Assembly (NCBI GenBank): GCA_017744715.1
Contig: JAGIAT010000011.1
Location: forward strand, 57,617 to 121,616
Origin: Niabella sp.
GTDB taxonomy: Bacteria > Bacteroidota > Bacteroidia > Chitinophagales > Chitinophagaceae
Direction: 5' to 3'
Length of the DNA stretch: 64,000 nucleotides
A model generated the notes under the pieces. It worked only from the letters and a program-made list of their open reading frames with translations, ran no database searches and had not been told where the DNA came from. Positions 56,896 to 64,000 of the stretch are shown here, in pieces; the first letter of the stretch is position 1; each line of letters opens with the position of its first letter. The position numbers and the translations under genes are program-made.

Positions 56896-57990
56896 CGTTT
56901 ATGATTTTCCTTATTTAATATTTCCGTATGCTTTCAATAAGCGCAAAAATTTCCAAGACTTGAGGCTGCTCCAACTGTTACAACCCTGGAATACGATGCA
57001 CAATAAAGTTTCCTGTTTATTTTCCGGCATGAATATTACAGCCAGACACGTTCCTCTTTTTCAGCCTTATGCAACGCTATCATTCTTCTCATAAAGTCAA
57101 CACTCCCCCGCCGGTTGAGGCGGGGAACAACATCATTTACCCAAAAAGTCTATAACAGATCCGCAACAACCCCAAGAGGTTTGCTAAAAACACACCTTCA
57201 ATTCCTCACAATAATACTTGTAAGCAACAGAATATTGATTATTTCAAATGAGGGGTTCTAAAGATATCGCTCCACAGATCCAGGTTTATACGGCTTCTCT
57301 CATAGGGGTTGCCAGGTTTATCAATTTTTACTTTCTCATTTCAGTTATATTACCGCGCAAAAATACCGAACTTCACATATTATTTCCAAATATATTTTAT
57401 TTTTTTTTACTACTTGAAATATATTCTTGAAATCATCATCTTTCTTTTTTCCAATGTCATACAACTTCAGCATAGATATACTCACTAGAAAATTTAGATA
57501 GAATCTATTTGAATCAGGGATCCGGTATAGAATGGAAGCTTCCTGCACGGCATTTCTCTGTCTCGCTGAAAACGATCATTCAAATATCAAGCCCGTGGCA
57601 AGAATAAAAACCGTCGCCACCGGATGGTGGGTGTTATACTGATGGCAACCTGCAGAAAGTACTAAAAACATTTTTTCAGCTACCAAAGCTGTGACGACTG
57701 GAATGCCGAACTGCACCTGCTACTGTACCATGCCCTCACCCACTGGAGCCTGCCGGTGGTAGTAGACCTGTTCTCCCATTGGTTTTACCTCTCCAAACTA
57801 CTGGAAGCCGCCTGGCTCTTTGCCGAGCGGGAGGTAGAGTAAGCGAAATCATGGGGCACGCACCTGGGAAAGGCCTGCAGCAAGCAGCATAACTGCTCCC
57901 TGTTTTTACAATAGTTTCACCCGTTTTTGACAGAATGAGGGATCCGCCTCCGGTTCTGCCCCATACCATTCCGGCACAGGAGCTCAATGC

Positions 57991-58188
57991 AGAAACGATA
58001 TATAAACGATACAGCCAGGATACAGCCAGGATATAGCCAGGATACAGAAACGATATACAAAGGATATAGAATGGATATACAAAGGATACAGAAAGGATAC
58101 AGAAAACATACGTTTTGAGGTCAGAAGGGATCAATAGGGATCAGGAAGGATCATAAGGGGTCAGAAGGGATCAATAGGGATCAAAAAA
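57991..58188. repeat. degenerate word arrays (GGATACAGAAA/GGATATACAAA, then GGGATCAGAAG/GGGATCAATA) at the right island border
   Basis: gatacagccaggatacagccaggatatagccaggatacagaaacgatatacaaaggatatagaatggatatacaaaggatacagaaaggatacag... then ggtcagaagggatcaatagggatcaggaaggatcataaggggtcagaagggatcaatagggatca. Confidence 0.75.
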
Positions 58189-58386
58189 ATAAAACAGCGC
58201 TTAAATGCCCCAACTTTATGCAGGCAAACATTTATTGATTCACTTTTAAAAAATTACAACTATGGGCAGCGTCACCAATTCCATTTTAAGCGGCACCTCC
58301 GGCCGCACCGGGCGTATTATTATTGCCAACGTGCATGGTGTGGAAATAAGCCGCATCCGGCCTTTGAAACGCCAGTACAGATTTTA

Positions 58387-59586
58387 TCAGCCCGGAACCC
58401 TTCCCTTATGCTCCGCCCGGTACTTCACATCCCCCGCTACTATGGTCATGCATACATTTACCTGCTCATCAAAAAGCACGATATCTGCGTCTTTGCCTGC
58501 GGCCAGCTCGCCCTTTGCTGCGCTTATACCCATAATACGGGCCGGGGTCTGCGTTATCATTTTTACGGCATCCTGTAACGACACGCCGGCCTCATGGATC
58601 ATGGTGCGCACCAACCGGTTTGCTGTAGCCACACTGCCCGCAAAGCCGGACCGATCCGGCAGCTTGGCCACCCCATCTTCTATGATCACCTTTAAGCCGG
58701 TATGAATATTCCCCAATATACTTTCGCCTTCCGGCATGCCGGCACCCCGCATGGCATCGGTAACCAGGGCTATACGGTCTGGCCCTTTGATCTTACAGAT
58801 CAGCTTCAGCAGCGGCGGAGGCAGGTGCACGCCATCTGCAATGGCCTCCACATCCATTTCATCGATGAGATAACCGGCTTCTATGGCCCCTGCATACCGG
58901 AATGCGTTCCGGCGTGTAACCCCGCTCATAGCGGAATAAAAATGCGTGGCCAGGGTATAACCATTGTTGAACCCTTCCAACACCTCCTCGTAAACAGCAT
59001 CTGTATGTGCCAGCGCCAGTACTTTTCCTTTTGACCGTACATAGCGCCCAAACTCGATGGCACCGGGAAGCTCCGGTGCGGCGCTCCACCGTACAATATC
59101 ATCTGAATAATCCAGTATCTTCTGATATTCCGCGGGATCGGGGTTGCGGATATATTTCGGATCCTGCGCCCCGCGCTGGCTTAATGCAAAATAGGGCCCC
59201 TCCAGGTGCATGCCCATCAACTGCGCTCCTTTGTTGTTCTGCAGCCTGGCTTCCTTATAAGTGTCGAGCGTGGTAAAAAGATCACTAACCTCACTGGTTA
59301 ACGTTGTTGGGTACATTGCCGTAGTGCCATAACGGACATGGGTTTCTGCAATACCCAGAAAGGCTTCCACCGTACCATCCATAAAATCGTAACCACCGCC
59401 CCCATGCACATGTATATCTATAAACCCCGGCGCAACGTAGTGGCCCCGGGCATCAATAACTTCGGTACAGGGCGCGTCGACGGGTGCATTGCCGATGGCA
59501 ATTATTTTACCGTTATCAACGACGATGCATCCTCCATGAATAATGTTTGCAGGTGTAATAATAGTGCCATTTATAATTTTCAGCAT
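58387..59586 (-). CDS. nagA: N-acetylglucosamine-6-phosphate deacetylase
   Basis: 399-aa amidohydrolase with FIDIHVHGGGGYDF. NagA-like throughout. Confidence 0.92.
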   Translation of the reverse strand: MLKIINGTIITPANIIHGGCIVVDNGKIIAIGNAPVDAPCTEVIDARGHYVAPGFIDIHVHGGGGYDFMDGTVEAFLGIAETHVRYGTTAMYPTTLTSEVSDLFTTLDTYKEARLQNNKGAQLMGMHLEGPYFALSQRGAQDPKYIRNPDPAEYQKILDYSDDIVRWSAAPELPGAIEFGRYVRSKGKVLALAHTDAVYEEVLEGFNNGYTLATHFYSAMSGVTRRNAFRYAGAIEAGYLIDEMDVEAIADGVHLPPPLLKLICKIKGPDRIALVTDAMRGAGMPEGESILGNIHTGLKVIIEDGVAKLPDRSGFAGSVATANRLVRTMIHEAGVSLQDAVKMITQTPARIMGISAAKGELAAGKDADIVLFDEQVNVCMTIVAGDVKYRAEHKGRVPG

Positions 59587-59615
59587 ACGTTCTTTTTAAT
59601 ATGTAAACAGTTTAT

Positions 59616-60521
59616 TCAACGTCTCCTGCTTTTTGTTTGCCGGGGAGTACCGGCCGTATCCGTAATCCTTCTTATAAACGATACCACTTCCCCGGTTTTT
59701 TCGGCTTCAATAACCCGGTAGGCCGCATGCCCCTTTCCCTCCATGATATGAAATTCGGACAGGTGGTTGCCGGTTTCCGTCATACGTTTCTGCAGGGCTG
59801 CTGCATAGGCTACATGGATGGTTTGATCCGCACTGCCATGATATACCAATACCGGCGGTGCATTTTTTTTAATGACCGCGGCATCTTCCAGTCCGCCCCA
59901 GAAATCGATCACCCCGCTGATCTTCAGCGGAAGCGCCGGTTTTACATATGCCACATACAGGGCCGTCATAGCTCCCGCAGAACCACCGGAGATCATTAGC
60001 TTTTGGGCGTTTAGGGAATATTGCGCTGCATGATCCTTCAGCCACTGCATGGCAAGCGCTGCATCGCCGGCCGCCATACCGATGGCTTTTTGAAGCTCCG
60101 GATGAAAGTGCCCGCCTGCCGGCAACCCCTTACCCATATTGGCGCCCGCGCTTGCACCGGCCGTTTTATAGTATTTCAGGTACAGGCGGTAATTAACGGA
60201 AACTACCGCAATCCCCGATCGTGCCAGTTTTTCGCAGAGCGTTGCATTTCCGCCTTTATCACCACCGGCAAACCCGCCGCCATGAATAAAGAGCAGTACC
60301 GGCCATTTTTTACCGGCGGGTTCTTCAGGAATGTACAGATCGAGCGTCCGGTCGCAACCCGAATCCTTATCAAAAGGCGCAGAAGGCATGGGCGCATACC
60401 GGATATTTTGAATACGCCTTACAGTGCTTTCCGCCGTTTGTGCAAACACCATAACGGGAAAAAAAAGTACGGCCAGTATAAAAAGCAGGCCACTGATTGT
60501 TGTTGATCGTTCAGCACACAT
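59616..60521 (-). CDS. secreted alpha/beta-hydrolase (esterase/lipase type)
   Basis: Signal peptide, an HGGGFAGGD oxyanion motif and a GGSAGA nucleophile elbow. Confidence 0.8.
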   Translation of the reverse strand: MCAERSTTISGLLFILAVLFFPVMVFAQTAESTVRRIQNIRYAPMPSAPFDKDSGCDRTLDLYIPEEPAGKKWPVLLFIHGGGFAGGDKGGNATLCEKLARSGIAVVSVNYRLYLKYYKTAGASAGANMGKGLPAGGHFHPELQKAIGMAAGDAALAMQWLKDHAAQYSLNAQKLMISGGSAGAMTALYVAYVKPALPLKISGVIDFWGGLEDAAVIKKNAPPVLVYHGSADQTIHVAYAAALQKRMTETGNHLSEFHIMEGKGHAAYRVIEAEKTGEVVSFIRRITDTAGTPRQTKSRRR

Positions 60522-60528
60522 ATACGGA

Positions 60529-61671
60529 TCATTTATTTTTTAAAAAGGTATCAAAAAAGCGATACGCCGCTTCATTGGATGCATCATCCGGATCATGTTT
60601 GGGCCGGTTTGTCATGGCCACCCTGTTGGTATACCCCAATAAGCGATTTACCCGAACCACCTGGTTGAGCGCCGTCCACCGGTACACCGGATCGGAAGAC
60701 CCACCCGATACCAGGAACGGGCGCGGGGCCATTAAGGCCATGATCTCATGCAGGTCATACCCTTCTTTGATCAATTTAGGATAAAGGCCTTTTGCATCCG
60801 CCGTGTTCCCGTTCTTTCGCCAGGTATCTTTCCATGGTGGCGGGTAGTACCCCAGGTACCAGGGCTCCCAGTAATTGACGGCACTCCCTTTGGTATCATC
60901 AAATACCACACCGGGGTCTGACCATACGGCGCAGGCAAATTTATCGAACAGGCAGGAGGCAAACATAGCCCACTTACCACCGAATGAATGCCCCATGATG
61001 CCGATCCGCTGCGCATCAACATAGGGCAGCCCGGCCAAAAGATACCAGGCATTTGCAGCCGTATAGGCCAGCATCGACAGCGGTGCCACCGTTGCCTGTT
61101 CAATGGATGGATAATAAACCGAATAGGTGCCGGCCTTGGAAGCTTCGGTGGTACCGATGGACAGGGTAACATAGCCTCTTTTAACCAGCTGATACGCAAA
61201 ATCGCGGTTGGGCTTCCCGTTCCCGATGGCCGTTTCCGGTTCATAAAACGTAGTGATTACGGCCGGCAGCTTCCCCTTTGCGTTGGGTACACAGAGGTAC
61301 GCAACGGTTTTTTCACTGGGCGTCCAGCTGAACCGGATCCGGTATTGCGTAAACCCCTCTCTTTGCCTGGTTTCCAGCACCTCCATCTGCTGTTTTTTGA
61401 TCAATGCCGGCCACCGGCCCATCATCTGGTTCCAGGTGTCTGCAATTTCGGCCCGCCGTTTTTTCCATGCCTGCCGGGTTAAAACGGTATCGCCGTTATA
61501 AAACCGTAACAGCGGCCGGTAAGGACCGGTGTTGTCTTTTAATGCAGCGGGCGGGGAAAAGTACGGTGCTATGCGATCATCGACTGCATCCGTTGCTGAT
61601 CGCTGGCCATTTACAGCACCTGTAATGCCAACGATTAACAGCAATATGAGCGGTATGTTTCTATGCTTCAT
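60529..61671 (-). CDS. secreted alpha/beta-hydrolase, possibly CE15 glucuronoyl-esterase-like
   Basis: Signal peptide. GHSFGGKWA resembles the bacterial CE15 GHSRLGK nucleophile motif. The subfamily assignment is tentative. Confidence 0.65.
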   Translation of the reverse strand: MKHRNIPLILLLIVGITGAVNGQRSATDAVDDRIAPYFSPPAALKDNTGPYRPLLRFYNGDTVLTRQAWKKRRAEIADTWNQMMGRWPALIKKQQMEVLETRQREGFTQYRIRFSWTPSEKTVAYLCVPNAKGKLPAVITTFYEPETAIGNGKPNRDFAYQLVKRGYVTLSIGTTEASKAGTYSVYYPSIEQATVAPLSMLAYTAANAWYLLAGLPYVDAQRIGIMGHSFGGKWAMFASCLFDKFACAVWSDPGVVFDDTKGSAVNYWEPWYLGYYPPPWKDTWRKNGNTADAKGLYPKLIKEGYDLHEIMALMAPRPFLVSGGSSDPVYRWTALNQVVRVNRLLGYTNRVAMTNRPKHDPDDASNEAAYRFFDTFLKNK

Positions 61672-61819
61672 ATCTGGCTTTTATAGGATTTTGTTTCTTT
61701 TATTTTTTTTATTACAGCTGAAGGTACGCATCACCGGCTTTGTTGTTATACCGGCGGATACAGATCGTCATAGCCCCTCCCTCCTGTTGCCCGGTAATTT
61801 AAATGCGAACAGGGGCCTG

Positions 61820-63355
61820 CTATCCATCCTTTTTCCGGGTTCTGCGTTCCTGTACGGCCGCTTCTGTGATCGAATCCGTGTTGTTATGGCCCCAACTGCT
61901 TCTTATAAAATTGAGTACTGCGGCGGCTTCTTCATTACTCAGGAATTTAAATGATGGCATCTGGTTGGGATTGTTCGTTGTACGCTTTCCAAACAAAAAC
62001 ACATCGATCAGCTGCTGCGGCTGATTCAGCAAGGGCGTGGTGCGCAACGCCGGAAATATACCAGGCGTTCCCGCCCCGTCTTCCTTATGGCAGCTGGCGC
62101 AGTAAACGGTATACAGGCCCATGGCGTTTTCCCTGCTGACCTTTGTTTGCGGCGGTTTTCCTGAAAGCACTTTGGCCGTAACACGATCCGCCTTCGTGAT
62201 GCGGATGATTTTATCATCACCGGCTGCCGGTTTACTATAGGGGTTCCAGTCGTGGTTACTTGTTGAAAGGTAAACATCACCCTCAGGCGATACACAAACC
62301 GCCCTTAGCCGGCCATACAGTTTATCGAGGTAGATCATTTCTTTAACAATGGAATGGCCGTCTTTTGAAAGATGGAGCACCCGGAGATTCCGGTCTTTTA
62401 AAGATACCAGCAACAGGCTGTTTTTCCATTCAGGGATTTTTGAGTGATTGTAAAACGCCATTCCGGAAGGAGCGATGGTGGGCGTCCAGGCCCGTAACGG
62501 GTCGATGGCATTTGCGCTGTCTGCAAACGCTTTTTCATCAGCACGATCCGCATTTCCCTCGATAGCGGACCATCCAAAGTTGCCGCCTTTGCGGATGAGG
62601 TTTACTTCATCATCTATTGCATCTCCATGCTCCGATGTATAGAGCCGGGCACTATCTGAAAATGCAAGTCCCTGTATATTCCGGAATCCTTTGGCCCAAA
62701 CCGGGCTTCCGGGCACCGGGTTGTCAGCCGGAATACTGCCATCCAGGTTAAAGCGCAATATCTTTCCCTTAAGATCTGCGGCGTTCTGGGTACTGCCCTG
62801 CTGCGCCCCATCGCCCGTTGCCCAATATACTTTTTGATCCGGCGATATGGCCACCCGGCTGCCATAATGCCCGCGAAAACCGGAAACCGCCGCAATGATT
62901 TTAGGTTCAACGAGCGTATCTTTCTGAACCAGGTACCGCACCAGCTTTAACCCAATGCTATCCTTTATGGCAAACGTAGAGGCCGCAAATAAATAAGACC
63001 GGCCGGTTGCGGAGTCCGGTGCGGAAGCGGCCATACCTAGGAGGCCTGCAGTGGTCTTGCCCGCAACATCCTGCATACGAAGCAATAGTTTACGCTTTCC
63101 GCTGGCAGCATCCAGCCGGTAAATGCGGCCTTCCTGTTCATTATACCAGAGCGTATTATCAGGCCCCCACAGCAGCTCCCAGGGCACCTTATTATTGGTT
63201 GAAACCTCCTGCACACTCAGAACGGATGTATCCAATACAATATTAAACAGGGTCTGCGGATCCCGTTGTGCCTGCCGGCATTGGAAAAGGATACAGCTGA
63301 TTGCCATAGCGCATGCACCGGTTATTATTTTAATACCGGCTGGTTTTTTTTTCAT
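61820..63355 (-). CDS. PQQ-dependent sugar (sorbosone/glucose) dehydrogenase fused to a C-terminal cytochrome c domain
   Basis: Beta-propeller-like body and a CASCH heme-binding motif near the C-terminus. Confidence 0.8.
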   Translation of the reverse strand: MKKKPAGIKIITGACAMAISCILFQCRQAQRDPQTLFNIVLDTSVLSVQEVSTNNKVPWELLWGPDNTLWYNEQEGRIYRLDAASGKRKLLLRMQDVAGKTTAGLLGMAASAPDSATGRSYLFAASTFAIKDSIGLKLVRYLVQKDTLVEPKIIAAVSGFRGHYGSRVAISPDQKVYWATGDGAQQGSTQNAADLKGKILRFNLDGSIPADNPVPGSPVWAKGFRNIQGLAFSDSARLYTSEHGDAIDDEVNLIRKGGNFGWSAIEGNADRADEKAFADSANAIDPLRAWTPTIAPSGMAFYNHSKIPEWKNSLLLVSLKDRNLRVLHLSKDGHSIVKEMIYLDKLYGRLRAVCVSPEGDVYLSTSNHDWNPYSKPAAGDDKIIRITKADRVTAKVLSGKPPQTKVSRENAMGLYTVYCASCHKEDGAGTPGIFPALRTTPLLNQPQQLIDVFLFGKRTTNNPNQMPSFKFLSNEEAAAVLNFIRSSWGHNNTDSITEAAVQERRTRKKDG

Positions 63356-64000
63356 TGTTGATCGGGTTTATGATTCATTAATTTTTCCAGCAGCCAGCTA
63401 TCCATCCGTACCCGCTGCTCCGGGGTGTACTGATGTCCTGATTCTTTAACAATGAGCAGTTCTTTGGGCGCGCGGATCGTATTATAAACCGCATATGCGG
63501 TCGTTGGCGGACAGGTTTCATCATTAAACCCCCAGCTGTAAAAGCCCGGTATGCGGATCAGCCGGGCAAAATTGGCCATGTCATAATACCTGGATGTTTC
63601 CACTTCGTCTTTTGTTACCTTATCTGCATCTTTAAGCATATGCGGCCAGCCCCCGGTTCTGCCATATAAGTAACCGGTTAAATCGGCCAGCCCGGGAAAA
63701 TAAGCTACCATATATTGAACCCGCCTGTCCAGCGCCGCCGTTGCAATGGTAAGCGCGCCGCCCTGGCTGCCGCCGGCCACGGCCAGGTTCTTTCCATCAA
63801 ACCGGGGCAGGCTGTACAGGAAATCGACCGCACGGATGCACCCCATAAATACGCGTTTAAAATAATAGCGATCCCGGTTGTCATGATCAAATAACGGATA
63901 CCCTTTCAGCCTTCCGTTTGCGATGGCTTTATAGGCACTGTCCGGAAGTGTGAAGGGCAGCCCGTGTATGCCGATGCGCAATACGATCACTCCTTTTTCT
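63352..64000 (-). CDS. acetylxylan esterase / cephalosporin-C deacetylase family (AXE1/CE7), C-terminal part; gene runs off the right edge
   Basis: GGSQGG nucleophile motif and a YYFKRVFMGCIRAVDFL region. The frame stays open to position 64000. Confidence 0.8.
   Translation of the reverse strand, partial: EKGVIVLRIGIHGLPFTLPDSAYKAIANGRLKGYPLFDHDNRDRYYFKRVFMGCIRAVDFLYSLPRFDGKNLAVAGGSQGGALTIATAALDRRVQYMVAYFPGLADLTGYLYGRTGGWPHMLKDADKVTKDEVETSRYYDMANFARLIRIPGFYSWGFNDETCPPTTAYAVYNTIRAPKELLIVKESGHQYTPEQRVRMDSWLLEKLMNHKPDQQ

Larger units (their letters stand above)
43130..58260. mobile_element. degenerate tRNA-Arg-associated genomic island carrying polymorphic-toxin loci
   Basis: It has a tRNA at the left edge, a truncated integrase, gene fragments at both ends, and lower GC in several genes than in flanking housekeeping genes (hand counts on sample lines). 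I found no intact integrase and no att repeat. Confidence 0.5.

Noticed and set aside
57481-57540. Possible attR (direct repeat of the tRNA-Arg 3' end)
   Set aside because: Only a patchy match is present (gaatca..gatccgg against gaatccaatccggatca). That is too weak to call by eye and needs a proper alignment.
57736-58134. 132-aa minus-strand ORF (…ILSVSFVYPFYILCISFLYPGYILAVSWLYRLYIVS…)
   Set aside because: The N-terminal half is a translation of the GGATACAG/GGATATAC word array. There is no supporting context.
58262-58705. 147-aa plus-strand ORF
   Set aside because: From ~58387 onward it is antisense to nagA. Only the first ~40 codons look like genuine (DUF6266-like) coding sequence, so I treat it as a fragment rather than a gene.

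Overview
This looks like a Bacteroidota chromosome, probably Chitinophagia or Sphingobacteriia. That call is an inference from gene content, TAnnTTTG-type -7 promoter boxes and the absence of Shine-Dalgarno sites. Most of the window is housekeeping: glyA, secA, an Na+/H+ antiporter, an M48 peptidase, a GbsR-type regulator cluster, a DtxR-type regulator divergent from a class D beta-lactamase, and an envelope cluster (amidase, mlaD, OstA-like, lptD-like, plsC, OmpA-family). The tryptophan pathway is split into trpEGDCF (37.9-42.7 kb) and trpBA (23.0-25.0 kb). The right edge carries a carbohydrate block (nagA, esterases, a PQQ dehydrogenase, an AXE1-family esterase).

The accessory part is a roughly 15-kb island (about 43.1-58.3 kb). 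It sits next to tRNA-Arg(TCT) and a truncated tyrosine-integrase gene. It carries a polymorphic-toxin locus on the minus strand:
- a 1268-aa secreted protein with a SpvB/TcB-like N-terminal motif
- a 108-aa secreted helical protein
- a 2071-aa RHS toxin with a signal peptide, six tandem PPC-like domains, a DUF6443-like region with YD repeats, a DPDGM core and an unclassified 256-aa C-terminal domain
- its putative immunity gene
- an XRE regulator and a separate WHH-nuclease toxin/immunity pair

I put this Tc-like, TcA-less, PAAR-less RHS module forward as the best candidate for an undescribed system.

Other findings the ORF track does not show:
- a 19-codon trp leader peptide with three consecutive Trp codons plus an attenuator hairpin upstream of trpE
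- a DtxR/IdeR-like iron box
- a perfect 15/6/15 palindromic operator upstream of the GbsR-like gene
- an in-frame-deleted PLP-decarboxylase remnant
- two families of abundant intergenic repeats, several of them inside the trp operon spacers

All homology calls come from reading the translations. No database search was run.
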